64,000 nucleotides of DNA, taken from the NCBI GenBank assembly GCA_965238005.1, contig OZ250165.1:992001-1056000 (forward strand), given 5' to 3'. The notes under the pieces were generated by a model that worked only from the letters and a program-made list of their open reading frames with translations, was not told the origin of the DNA and searched no databases. The stretch comes from Longimicrobiales bacterium. Its GTDB lineage: Bacteria; Gemmatimonadota; Gemmatimonadetes; Longimicrobiales; Gaopeijiaceae. The position numbers were made by a program, and so were the translations under genes. This document shows positions 46,091-56,164 of this stretch, in pieces. Every line of letters starts with the position of its first letter. Within the stretch, counting starts at the first letter, position 1.

Positions 46091-47578
46091 GGTACCTCAC
46101 CACTGATAGGTAACGCTTTTCTCACCCCTGATGGGTGACAGTCTCGACCCGTAACGTGGCGCTCCTTCGACACGCTCTTGGAGCTGCCCATGCCATGGTT
46201 GGAGACCGATCCCATGAACGAACGCAAGCGATTCATCCTCGAGGCCACCGCGAGCCTCTTCTCCCACTCCGAACTCTGCCGACGCTACAACATCAGCCGC
46301 AAGACGGGCTACAAGTGGCTCGAACGATACGAGACCCAAGGACCCGACGGGCTGCTCGACCGCTCCCATCGGCCCCATTGCTGTCCCCACGCTACTGAGC
46401 CCCACATCCTCGAGGCTGCCTTCGAGCTCCGCCGTCGTCGACCCCGGTGGGGAGCTGCCAAGATCCTAGGCCGCCTCCTCGAGGTGCACCCCGACTGGTC
46501 GCTACCCGCGCCCCAGGTCCTGCACAGACACTTCCTGCGCGAGGGCCTGGTCAACAAGCTGCGGCGCCGACGTAAATCCTCTCATCCCGGTCGACCCACC
46601 GCGCCCTTCGATGCGCCCAACTCCATCTGGTCCGCCGACTTCAAGGGGCAGTTCAAGACCCTCGACGGCGTCTACTGCTACCCGCTCACCGTCCAGGATG
46701 GCTTCAGCCGCTACCTGCTCGCTTGTCAGGGCCTCTCAGGGACCACCTACGCCGGTTCCAGACGTGTTTTCACCCGCCTCTTCCACGAGTTCGGGATCCC
46801 CGACCGCATCCGTACCGACAACGGTACTCCCTTTGCCTCCATAGCCTTAGGGCGCCTCTCCAGGCTCTCCGTCTGGTGGATCAAGCTCGGCATCCTGCCC
46901 GATCTCATCGAGCCCGCATCTCCCCAGCAGAACGGCCGCCACGAACGCATGCACAAAGACCTCAAGGCTGAGGCCACCATCCCGCCCGCCGGAAACCGAT
47001 CCGCTCAGCAGAAACGCTTCAATGCCTTCCGCATTGATTTCAACGAGATCCGGCCCCACGAGGCCCACGGCCAGAGGCCGCCCGCCTCCGTCTACGAGCC
47101 CTCAACCCGTCCCTTCCCCAGCAAGCTCTTGACCCCCGACTACCCCGCCCACTTCGAGACCCGTAAGGTCTCCATCAACGGCGGCATCCGATGGCACTCC
47201 GCCTGGGCCAACGTCTCTCATCTGCTCGGCGGCGAATACATTGGCCTCGAGGAGGTCGCCGACGATGTCTGGGCTGTCTACTTCGGTCCCGTCGCCCTCG
47301 GTTGGCTTCACGTCCGAAAAGCTGCCATCCTCGATCACGATGGCTCCTCGTCCCGTAATCCACGACGCTGAGGCCGCGTGAACTGCCCAGCCCCTCAGAC
47401 GTCGACGCGAACCGCTACCTTCGTGGAACTCCGCTCGCTTCTACTCCCCTGCGCTCCGGCGCAGCGGAAGCTTCTGACTCCACCGGTGGAGGTAACAAAA
47501 AAAACAGCAGCTTACCTGACAAGAACTGTCACCCATCAGGGGTGTGTAACTGTTGGTACCCATCAGGGGTACCGCTCA
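46091..47578 (+). mobile_element. IS481-family element
   Basis: Doubled subterminal repeats CTGTCACCCATCAGGGGTG inverted at both ends; no TSD seen. Confidence 0.88.
46190..47371 (+). CDS. IS481 transposase
   Basis: MPW..., ISRKTGYKWLERY, WSADFKG, RTDNGTPF, QNGRHERMH. Confidence 0.95.
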   Translation: MPWLETDPMNERKRFILEATASLFSHSELCRRYNISRKTGYKWLERYETQGPDGLLDRSHRPHCCPHATEPHILEAAFELRRRRPRWGAAKILGRLLEVHPDWSLPAPQVLHRHFLREGLVNKLRRRRKSSHPGRPTAPFDAPNSIWSADFKGQFKTLDGVYCYPLTVQDGFSRYLLACQGLSGTTYAGSRRVFTRLFHEFGIPDRIRTDNGTPFASIALGRLSRLSVWWIKLGILPDLIEPASPQQNGRHERMHKDLKAEATIPPAGNRSAQQKRFNAFRIDFNEIRPHEAHGQRPPASVYEPSTRPFPSKLLTPDYPAHFETRKVSINGGIRWHSAWANVSHLLGGEYIGLEEVADDVWAVYFGPVALGWLHVRKAAILDHDGSSSRNPRR

Positions 47579-48062
47579 GGGTGTCGAGGTCCACGTCGGC
47601 GCTCGGCAGGCCCTCGACCAGATCCGCGAGCTGCTCGCCATAGGAGGTGCGGATCGCCTCTGCCAGGGCGGAGGGGGCGGCAACCACGGCCTCGACGTGA
47701 CGGCCACTGCTGAAGCGGACCTCGCCCAGGGCGACCTGGTCGAGGGGATCGGAGACGGCCAGACGCAGAGTGCGACGGGTGGCGGACAGCGGCAGAACGG
47801 CTCTCGCTCGTGCGAAGTGACCCTCGATCAGACGGACCGCGTCCGGGTCCGGGGTCAGAGGGGCTTCGGCGAAAGGGAGCCTCAGCTGGGTGGCCAGCGT
47901 CTGTGCGACGGCCTCGTCGTCGACGTATCCCCGCCCTACGAGAATGTCACCGAGGCGGAGGCTCGACCCACCCTGCTCCTCCAGGGCGGCCTGGAGGTCT
48001 CGAGGCCTGAGTCTTCCGGAGTCGACGAGGAGCTGCCCGAGGGGCTTCGGTCGCGTCGCCAT
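47579..48062 (-). pseudogene. PilB/GspE-type ATPase N-terminal (MshEN-like) fragment truncated by IS481
   Basis: KPLGQLLVDSG...RLGDILVGRGYV, VSDPLD; ATPase domain absent. Confidence 0.8.
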
Positions 48063-48185
48063 GAGGTAGGGTGGAGCCTGCGGCGGGGCACCCGAATGGC
48101 GGGAGCGGCACACCTTCACAGCCCGGAGGGCGGAGGCGCTCGAGTCAGCGCGCCGACCGGAGGAGGAGGCAACCGAATCGGAGCG

Positions 48186-49082
48186 TCAGGAGTCCAGCAG
48201 CTCCAGGACGAAGGGCGCCACGCCCACAATGGAGGAGGGAAGCCGGTCCGCCTCGGCGGCGGCGCCGACCAGGAGCCCAAGGGCAGGGTTCCGTGTGTGC
48301 CCCGCGGTGAGATCTTCGAGGTTGCCGTGATCGCTGGCCACCAGCAGCGAGGCGCTCTCGGGCAGACCGTCGACGACGGCCGCCAGGAACTGGTCTACTC
48401 GCTCCAGGGCCACTACTGCCGCCTCCGCGCTCCCCCGGTGACCGGCGTAGTCGGTGGAGTAGTGGGCGTAGAAGGTGAGATCCGCGGCGGCGGCGATGCG
48501 GGCCAGGTTCACGCCAGCTTCGGCAGGCGTGATCTGAGGCACCTCGCTGTGGCCCAGGCCGTCCCTCCATCCGGTGTTGACGATCTCGCTGGATACCGCA
48601 TCCCCCGAGGCGAGCTCGGCGGCGTGCCGGCGCAGGAGACCGGCGGCGTTGGCGGCCAGGGGTGGTGCGGCCGGGAAACGGGAGCGACGCCGCTCGAGAT
48701 ATCCCTCAGGGTAGGCGTTGGCGAAGGCCACGGAGTGGCCGGCCTCCTGAGCCCTGCTCATGATGTTCCTCTCGACGAGGAGCGGGCGCAGGCGCACCGG
48801 GGCCCAGGGCCCGAAGTGACGCCCGAACGCCAGCGCCGCGTTCTCGCCGGTCATCAGGGTGATCTGCCCAGTTCCGCTCTGAGGAATGCCATCGACGCCC
48901 AAGGTGGCGTCCAGAGGGATGGCCCGGCCCCGTGATCCCTCCACCAGCGGCTCGTCGAGAGTGGGCAACCGCCCACCCAAGAGCCCCTCCAGGCCGGGGA
49001 GCCGCGCCTGGAGGAAGGGGTTGCGACGGGGATCGGACGAGCCGATGCCGACCCCGTCGAGGAAGACGAAGAGGACGGACAT
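48186..49082 (-). CDS. Alkaline-phosphatase-superfamily metalloenzyme (phosphoglycerate mutase-like)
   Basis: FLDGVG, PQSGTGQ, DYAGH, SDHGNLED. Confidence 0.85.
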   Translation of the reverse strand: MSVLFVFLDGVGIGSSDPRRNPFLQARLPGLEGLLGGRLPTLDEPLVEGSRGRAIPLDATLGVDGIPQSGTGQITLMTGENAALAFGRHFGPWAPVRLRPLLVERNIMSRAQEAGHSVAFANAYPEGYLERRRSRFPAAPPLAANAAGLLRRHAAELASGDAVSSEIVNTGWRDGLGHSEVPQITPAEAGVNLARIAAAADLTFYAHYSTDYAGHRGSAEAAVVALERVDQFLAAVVDGLPESASLLVASDHGNLEDLTAGHTRNPALGLLVGAAAEADRLPSSIVGVAPFVLELLDS

Positions 49083-49142
49083 GCTAGTGTTCCACGGATG
49101 CACCGTGCCCTCGACAGGCCGAGACACCTTGGCAACGGGACA

Positions 49143-49427
49143 CTAGAGCCCGAGACACGCGCGCGCGTCCTCCACGGCGAGCCCGGCGACGCGGACGACC
49201 TTCCTCTTGCCGCTGTGACCGCGGGTCACCTCGACGGAGCTTTTCGGAACGCCCAACACCTTCGCCATGACACGGATCAGCTCGGCGTTGGCGGCCCCGT
49301 CCACCGGGGGCGCTGCAAGGCGCACCTTGAGGGCGTCTCCGTGAAGGCCCACCACCTCCGAGCGGCTGGCCCGGGGCTGGGCGTGGATCGCGATCTCCAC
49401 GCCGCCTTCAAGCTCTCGGACCGTCAC
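49143..49427 (-). CDS. DUF167/YggU-family protein
   Basis: QPRASRS, APPVDGAAN. Confidence 0.92.
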   Translation of the reverse strand: MTVRELEGGVEIAIHAQPRASRSEVVGLHGDALKVRLAAPPVDGAANAELIRVMAKVLGVPKSSVEVTRGHSGKRKVVRVAGLAVEDARACLGL

Positions 49428-49446
49428 GAGCGGGTCTCCTAGACTC

Positions 49447-49632
49447 TCACCGTGAGCGCCGGACGGCGTCGATCAGCTCCTGGGGCTGGAGGCGCTGCGG
49501 CGGCTGGGGGCCGAACCAGGAACGCAAGAGGGAGTCGGGGCGGGAGATGTCGAAGGCCATGAATACGCCCATGAGGATGAGCGCCAGGACGATCAAGACC
49601 CGCCCGAAGGCTCGCTTCCGTCCGGAGGGCAT
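49447..49632 (-). CDS. Small membrane protein
   Basis: Single TM segment; operon position. Confidence 0.55.
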   Translation of the reverse strand: MPSGRKRAFGRVLIVLALILMGVFMAFDISRPDSLLRSWFGPQPPQRLQPQELIDAVRRSR

Positions 49633-49653
49633 GTCATCCCTGCCGAGGCCGGA

Positions 49654-50274
49654 CTACTCGACGGGTCGCACGTCCACGGGATGCACGTCCACGGGATGCA
49701 CGTCCACGGGATGCACGTCCACGGGTCGCACGTCCATCGTGACCTGAACGGCGACGTGGCCCATGTCTGCGCGATCCCGGAGGGCGTCTCGGATCCTCGG
49801 CTCCACTTTCTTGTACGCCGCTTTGACTCCGTCCCGGATCTCGAGCCGGAGCACCTTGAGGGCGTTGACGTCCGGGCGGCTCGTCTTCGTCTCCTTCCTC
49901 GCCTCTACCAGGCGGTCGGGGAGGACCTCGAAGGGGGCCATCCCCACGTCGTCGGGACGAGGAGAGTCGATATACTGAATGGCCACCGAGACATCACCGC
50001 GGGCGTGATGCGTGGGGATGTCACCCACGGCCCGGAAGTGGGATGCCAGCTTCCCGAGCTCCACGTTGGAGGCGGCCTTGGTGTAACTGCGCTCGACGAT
50101 GCCGAATATACGCCGCATGCGCTCCGGCGTTGTGGCGTCGATGTCGGGAACCTCCGTGTCGAGCTCTTTCCCGATGGCATGTCGATCCTGGCCTGCGTGA
50201 CCTTCCTCTTCCCGGCTTCGTTGCCGGTCGATGTTCTCCAGGATGCGATCAGGGTTCGTCCGAAGACCCATCAT
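49654..50274 (-). CDS. Hypothetical protein with C-terminal VDVHP repeats
   Basis: GGAG RBS; good coding character. Confidence 0.7.
   Translation of the reverse strand: MMGLRTNPDRILENIDRQRSREEEGHAGQDRHAIGKELDTEVPDIDATTPERMRRIFGIVERSYTKAASNVELGKLASHFRAVGDIPTHHARGDVSVAIQYIDSPRPDDVGMAPFEVLPDRLVEARKETKTSRPDVNALKVLRLEIRDGVKAAYKKVEPRIRDALRDRADMGHVAVQVTMDVRPVDVHPVDVHPVDVHPVDVRPVE
49661..49735. repeat. 5 x 15-bp in-frame tandem repeat
   Basis: ACGGG(ATG/TCG)CACGTCC units. Confidence 0.9.
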
Positions 50275-50535
50275 CTCTCTCCATCATCACGGGAAGCCCC
50301 GTGGTCAGTGTCCCTTGAGTCATCAACGATAACCGGTGCGGTCGGCCGAGGCCAAGAGGACTCGGGTGACACGACCTGCGGGAAATCCGGACTTGTGACA
50401 CGGGAAGATTTCCTCGGAGGGAGTCGTAGCGTAGAATGGTCGCCGTAATCCCCGAGCGGGCCGCGGACTTCACCGCGACCCCCTCTCTCGTGACCGGCCT
50501 AGAAGAGTGATCGGCGCTTCTGGGGCGTCGACCCG

Positions 50536-53500
50536 TCAGTCGCCTCCGACCTCCAGGCCCGGCACACTCGTGGGCTCGTCGGTCCACCACCACAGAGGCT
50601 CCAGATCCCGCTCGACCGGATAGATCTCGTTGAGCGTGTCCCCCTCATACAACCGGCCGTTCTTCATCACCCACCGGATGGTCTTCGTATTGCGTATGTC
50701 GTCCAGGGGATTGGCGTCCAAAATGATCATGTCGGCGAGCTTGCCCGCCTCGATGGACCCGAGGTCCTGGTCGAGTCCGATGGCTTGAGCCCCGATGACT
50801 GTGGCCACCCTGAGGGCATCGTGCTCCGGGAGGCCACCCGACTGCATGGCCCACAGCTCCCAGTGGTACCCGAGACCCTGGAGCTGGCCATGGCTCCCGA
50901 CTCCCGCCTTGCCGCCGGCCGCCACTAGGGCGGCCACGAACTTGGCGTGATCCTGGAACACGTGCTCGTCTTCATGGAACCATCCGGCCGGTCCCGGGCT
51001 CGGTCCGCCTCCACGCCGCCGGGTGGCCACGTCCACCTCGGAGTGAGGCATGAATCGGCGGAGCTTGTCGTCGTCGTGCGGATTCTCACGCGTGTAGAAG
51101 TAGTTCTCCGCCCAGGGGCCCCCGTAGGAGACCAGGAGAGTCGGCGTGTAAGTGCGACCCGACTCGACGAAAAGCTTCACGAAGTCGTCGTACAGGGGAT
51201 ATACGGGGATCGAGTGCTCCAGCCCCGAGTACCCGTCGATGGTCTCCGTGAGGTTCTGCTTGACGTTTAGGGCTCCCTCGGTGGTCGGCATGATGCCCAT
51301 CTCGCGGGCCGCCATGACGATCAGCTGCCGCTGCTTCCGGTTCCCCGCCACGTACATCTTGAGCGTCTTCGTATCGTAGTAGTCGCTGTAACGCCTCATG
51401 ATGTCCCGGGCCTCGTCCAGATCGTCGATGTTGTGCTGGAAGAAGATCCCCGGTCCGGTGGAGTAGATACGGGGGCCCAGAACGTCGCCTGAGCGGACGA
51501 GATCGGAATACGTGAGGACGTCGGTCGTGGCCGTCTGCGGATCGCGGGTCGTCGTCACCCCGTGGGCGAGGTTGGCCAGGTAGACCCACTGATCCTTTCG
51601 GTGGATTCCCCACGACGGCCGCAGGTGGGCGTGGGTATCCACGAAGCCCGGGATGATTGTCTTGCCCGACACGTCGATGACTCTCGCGTCGTCGGGCAGG
51701 GCGATGGAGCCGCTTCGCGCCACACTCACGATCCGGTTGTCGCGGACCACGACGTCGGCGTTCTCGATCACCTCGTCGCCTCGCATGGTTATGACACGAG
51801 CGCCGCGGAGGACCGCAGAGCCTACGGGCAAATCACGCCGGGCGCTGATCGTGATCCGGAGCTCTCCGGCTTGGTAGCCGTCGTCCTCGGTCTCGTCGGC
51901 GGCCTTCACGCTGTCCTCATGCGCCGCGGCCGCGTCAAGGTCGTACACGAAGTGAGCATTCCCGAGAGACCAGTGAACGGTGCGCCCTCGCCGACCCCAC
52001 GCCGGGAACTCGCCTCCGAACCTCGTGAGCTTCCGTACGGGGAAGGACGCGTCGGAGGAGTCGGCCACGTTCACGGTCGGGGCGTCACCACCCACCATCG
52101 GTACCGTGAGCGTGTAGATCTGCCCGAGGATCGAGGCCATCGCCAGGTCTCCCGTCGGGGCCATGGTGACAGCCTCGGGCGACTGGCGTTGCTCGGATCC
52201 CGGCGATTTCTCGCCCCGCACCTTCACGCGGGTCTGCTCGTCGGTGCCGTCCCAGCGAACCGACACCAGTTCGTCGGGACTCTTGAAGAGGAAGATCCGC
52301 TCCCCGCTCTCCACGAAATGAGGGCCGCTTCGGTTCTCCATGGGCATGATGAGGGTGGCGTCGCCACCTTCGGCTGGAAGCCAGACGAGCTCGTTGGCCA
52401 CCCCCGTGGCCCTGGGGCTCGAGCTGGATTCGAAGGCCCAGGCAAAGCCTCGGACCGCGACGATTCTCTGTCCATCGGGGGCCCACGCCGGCGTCACGAA
52501 GATGCTCGGTTGGCGGCTGAGGCGGACCGGATCTTCCCCGCCGTCCGCCCGGACCTTGTAGAGGTGCCCGCCCGCCACCTCCGACCAGGAGGCGTATGCC
52601 AGCCATTCGCCGTCGGGAGACCAGGTGGGCATGTGCTCGGAGTCGTCCTCCCGTGTGATTCGACGCGGGTCGGAACCGTCGGCGTTCGCCACGTACAAGT
52701 GGTCCATGGCCGTGAATGCCAGCCGCGTGCCGTCAGGCGAAGGCACCGCGTCGCGGATCTGACGGACGGTGAAAGTCGGCGCGTCGCTCACCGGATAGTC
52801 GAAATCCACTTTAGGCCCGATCTCGAGGTCGAAGCGGACGCGGAAGGGGATCTCCTCGGCATGGCTTCCGTCGTCCAAGACCGGAATCCTCCAGATCTTT
52901 CCGCCATACGACGCTACGACCGCTCGCGAGTCGGGGGTGAAGCTCATGCCCGGAAGTGCGTCCAACGCGGCCCGGGACTCTTGATCGTCGCGCTGAACGG
53001 GATAGGCCAGCCAGCGCTCGGCACCGGTCTGCAGGTCCCGGAGCACGAGTCCCGTGTGCTCGTCGTGCCGTGTGCCGTAGACCAGCCACTCCCCGTCGGG
53101 AGATAGGGTGGGTCGGATCGCGCCACCGTAGCGCGAGACCCGGGTGTAGCTTTGGCCGGTCTCCCGGTCGTAGGCGCGCAAACGGTAAAGAGGGAACTGC
53201 GCGTTGTAGTCCCAGTCCCTGGCCGAGGTCCGCTCCGAGTACCACACCCAGCGCGGGTCGGGACCGAACGCGGCACCTATGGTCTTGGGCGGGTTCTCGC
53301 CCCGGATGAGGTCGGCTCCCGAGCCCCCGTCGATGTGGAACAGGTGGAGCTTGGGCAGCCCGTCTCCCCGGAAGCCCCCCATGCTCGCCACCACGTACGA
53401 GCCGTCTGGCGACCACTCGGGTGACTCGGCCCGATTGGCCTTACCATTGGAGACCTGGGTGGTGTCGTTCCCGTCCAACGACATGATCCAGATGTTCTGC

Positions 53501-53886
53501 CCACCGTCCCGGTCCGAAGTGAACACCACCCTGTTTCCGTCTGGGGAAAAGCGGGGCTGGGCGTCGAAGGCCATGCCAGAAGTGATCTGGGTGGCCTCGC
53601 CCCCGCTGGACGGGATGGTGAACAGGTCCCCCAGGTAGTCGAAGACGATGGTCTGCCCGTCGGGACTGACGTCCACCGAAAGCCACGATCCCGCGGTCAT
53701 GTCGAAGTGAACGATCCGATTGTCCTTGCCCCCCTCCAGTGGAAGACTTCCGTTCTCTGGATTCTCTTCTTCGACCTCCTGGTCCTGAAGCGCCAGAGCG
53801 GGCATCTTTCCGGGTCCGAAGAGAGCTGCTGCCGCGAGAGCCAATGGAGCTCCCGTCCGCCATGCACGACACATCGACCCCTCCAT
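50536..53886 (-). CDS. Secreted PD40/TolB-propeller plus amidohydrolase protein
   Basis: Repeated SPDG motifs; PGFVDTHAH; GSIEAGKLAD. Confidence 0.92.
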   Translation of the reverse strand: MEGSMCRAWRTGAPLALAAAALFGPGKMPALALQDQEVEEENPENGSLPLEGGKDNRIVHFDMTAGSWLSVDVSPDGQTIVFDYLGDLFTIPSSGGEATQITSGMAFDAQPRFSPDGNRVVFTSDRDGGQNIWIMSLDGNDTTQVSNGKANRAESPEWSPDGSYVVASMGGFRGDGLPKLHLFHIDGGSGADLIRGENPPKTIGAAFGPDPRWVWYSERTSARDWDYNAQFPLYRLRAYDRETGQSYTRVSRYGGAIRPTLSPDGEWLVYGTRHDEHTGLVLRDLQTGAERWLAYPVQRDDQESRAALDALPGMSFTPDSRAVVASYGGKIWRIPVLDDGSHAEEIPFRVRFDLEIGPKVDFDYPVSDAPTFTVRQIRDAVPSPDGTRLAFTAMDHLYVANADGSDPRRITREDDSEHMPTWSPDGEWLAYASWSEVAGGHLYKVRADGGEDPVRLSRQPSIFVTPAWAPDGQRIVAVRGFAWAFESSSSPRATGVANELVWLPAEGGDATLIMPMENRSGPHFVESGERIFLFKSPDELVSVRWDGTDEQTRVKVRGEKSPGSEQRQSPEAVTMAPTGDLAMASILGQIYTLTVPMVGGDAPTVNVADSSDASFPVRKLTRFGGEFPAWGRRGRTVHWSLGNAHFVYDLDAAAAHEDSVKAADETEDDGYQAGELRITISARRDLPVGSAVLRGARVITMRGDEVIENADVVVRDNRIVSVARSGSIALPDDARVIDVSGKTIIPGFVDTHAHLRPSWGIHRKDQWVYLANLAHGVTTTRDPQTATTDVLTYSDLVRSGDVLGPRIYSTGPGIFFQHNIDDLDEARDIMRRYSDYYDTKTLKMYVAGNRKQRQLIVMAAREMGIMPTTEGALNVKQNLTETIDGYSGLEHSIPVYPLYDDFVKLFVESGRTYTPTLLVSYGGPWAENYFYTRENPHDDDKLRRFMPHSEVDVATRRRGGGPSPGPAGWFHEDEHVFQDHAKFVAALVAAGGKAGVGSHGQLQGLGYHWELWAMQSGGLPEHDALRVATVIGAQAIGLDQDLGSIEAGKLADMIILDANPLDDIRNTKTIRWVMKNGRLYEGDTLNEIYPVERDLEPLWWWTDEPTSVPGLEVGGD

Positions 53887-54011
53887 TTCTCGGTACGTCC
53901 CCTGCGTTGGACTCGCCTTGCGAGCCCGGGGGGGCCAGAATAATCGGAGGACCACGTCAGTATGGCAAAAGAGAGGAGCTTGAGGGGAGCGTGGAGGACA
54001 TCCCTCCCGAC

Positions 54012-54257
54012 ATGGGTGAGGACGCGACCCAGGAGGCTCCCTTTCCGAGCCTGCTCAGCCGTTACGTCCAGGTCTTCGTTTCGCCCGGAGCCCTGTTCGA
54101 CCGACTCGTCGAGCGACCCGCGTGGGGTGGTGCCATGGTCCTGGGGGCGGCGTTGGTACTGGCGGGTGCGGTCCTCGTGCCGGCGGAGCTTTACGTGGCC
54201 GCGTTCCGCCAGCGTCTGCTCTCTTGCTCCTCATTCCTGTCGGCATCGCTGCCGTGA
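54012..54257 (+). pseudogene. YIP1-like membrane protein fragment
   Basis: VFVSPGALFDRL...PAW; abrupt end. Confidence 0.5.
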
Positions 54258-54322
54258 TCGCGATCTTCACCGGGTGAGGGACGATCGTCTGGTAGACCTC
54301 CGCGCCTGAGACGGCGACCGAG

Positions 54323-56158
54323 GTGACGAAGCGGAGCCTGGCCGGGCGAGCCATCATCGTGGTGGCCGCGGCTGCTGCCCTCTTCCACCTCTACGCCGCC
54401 GGGATCTCGCCCTTCACGGCGCTCGTGCAGAGGCCGGTCCACCTGGCCCTCATGGCCGCCCTGGGATTTCTCGGCGTCGGCATCCGCTCCGGGGAACCAT
54501 CGCGAGAGGGGCGTCCCAGGCGACGACTGCGCACCCTGGTCTCGTGGACTCTGGGGTCCGCGGTGGTGGCGTCGTGCATCTATCTGGTCACCCAGCACGA
54601 GATGCTGGTTCTCCGCTCGGCATCGCCGACCACCTTGGACCTGATCACCGGGATCGTGACCATCGTGGTCATCCTCGAGCTCGCCCGTCGATTCACCGGT
54701 TGGGGGCTGGTAGTGGTCTGCCTGATGGCGTTGGTCTACGCGATCTCGGGTCCGTACCTGCCGGGTGCGCTCGCCCATCGAGGTTACGGCGCAACCCGGC
54801 TCGTGGAGCACCTCTACCTGTCCACGGAAGGGGTCTGGGGCATCCCACTCGGGGTCTCCGCCGACTTCGTCTACCTCTTCGTCCTGTTCGGCGCCGTTCT
54901 GGATGTGGCCGGGGGAGGAGCCCTCCTCATCAGCCTCGCCGACCGGGTGGCGGGGAGGACCCGTGGCGGTCCCGCCAAGACCGCCGCGGTCGCCAGCGCC
55001 CTCATGGGCTCTCTGTCGGGGAGCGCCGTGGCCAACGTCGCGACCACAGGCACGTTCACGATCCCCCTCATGCGGCGCGCCGGCTTCAAGCCGTTCTTCG
55101 CGGGAGCCATCGAGGCGGCTGCGAGCACGGGCGGCCAGCTCATGCCCCCTATCATGGGAGCCGGGGCCTTCATCCTGGCCACCTGGACCAGCATTCCGTA
55201 CACCCAGGTCGCTGTGGCCGCAGCGATTCCGGCGGCGCTGTACTACGTGGCCCTCCTCATGGCCATCCACTTCAGAGCCGGGAAGACCGGGTTGGAGCCT
55301 TCAGGCGGAGCGGGCGGTGAGCCCGTCCTCCCGCGCATCCATCTCCTGTTGCCGCTCGTGGTCATCGTCGCCGTCCTGGTCATGGGGCGCTCACCCATGC
55401 GGGCGGCGTTCTGGGGCGTCGTTTCGGCCTGGGTGGTGACGTGGGTCCGCAAGGACACACGTCTTGGCCTCCCATCCTTGAGCCGAGCGCTGGAGTCGGG
55501 AGCCAGGGGGTCCGTGCAGGTGGCGGTGGCGTGTGCCGCCGCAGGCATCGTGGTGGGCGTGGCCTCCCTCACGGGCATTGGCCTGCGCATGTCGGAGCTG
55601 ATCGTCACCCTCTCGGGGGGACACCTGCTCGGAGCGCTGGTGCTCACCGCCCTGGGCTCCATCGTGCTGGGGATGGGCCTCCCGACCACCGCCGCCTATG
55701 TGGTCCTGGCGGCCCTGGGCGCTCCCGCTCTCACGCAGCTGGGGGTGCCGCTGCTGTCGGCACACCTCTTCATCTTCTACTTCGGCTGCATCTCGAACGT
55801 GACGCCGCCCGTCTCGCTGGCGGCATATGCCGCCGCGGGCATCGCCGACGCTCCGGCCGTCAAGACGGCGCTCACGGCCATGGTACTCGCATCCGCCGGC
55901 TTCATGGTGCCGTTCATGTTCGTGTACGTTCCGGAGCTACTCCTGCAGGGCACATGGGTGGGCATCACAGTGGCGTTCGGCACGGCGTGCGCGGGAGTGA
56001 CGGCAATCGCCGCTGCAGGAATGGGGTTCGCGCGCCGATCCTTGAGCCCGCTGGAGAGAGTCGTGCTAGCCGCCGCCGCGATCGCGCTCATGATGCCGGG
56101 ACTCGCAACGGACGGGTTCGGAATGCTTGCTTTGGCGGTTATCGTTTCTAGGAAGTAG
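54323..56158 (+). CDS. TRAP transporter fused permease (4TM/12TM)
   Basis: GGPAK, SGSAVAN, ASTGGQLMPPIMGA, GMGLPTTAAY, TPPV. Confidence 0.95.
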   Translation: MTKRSLAGRAIIVVAAAAALFHLYAAGISPFTALVQRPVHLALMAALGFLGVGIRSGEPSREGRPRRRLRTLVSWTLGSAVVASCIYLVTQHEMLVLRSASPTTLDLITGIVTIVVILELARRFTGWGLVVVCLMALVYAISGPYLPGALAHRGYGATRLVEHLYLSTEGVWGIPLGVSADFVYLFVLFGAVLDVAGGGALLISLADRVAGRTRGGPAKTAAVASALMGSLSGSAVANVATTGTFTIPLMRRAGFKPFFAGAIEAAASTGGQLMPPIMGAGAFILATWTSIPYTQVAVAAAIPAALYYVALLMAIHFRAGKTGLEPSGGAGGEPVLPRIHLLLPLVVIVAVLVMGRSPMRAAFWGVVSAWVVTWVRKDTRLGLPSLSRALESGARGSVQVAVACAAAGIVVGVASLTGIGLRMSELIVTLSGGHLLGALVLTALGSIVLGMGLPTTAAYVVLAALGAPALTQLGVPLLSAHLFIFYFGCISNVTPPVSLAAYAAAGIADAPAVKTALTAMVLASAGFMVPFMFVYVPELLLQGTWVGITVAFGTACAGVTAIAAAGMGFARRSLSPLERVVLAAAAIALMMPGLATDGFGMLALAVIVSRK

Positions 56159-56164
56159 CGAGAG

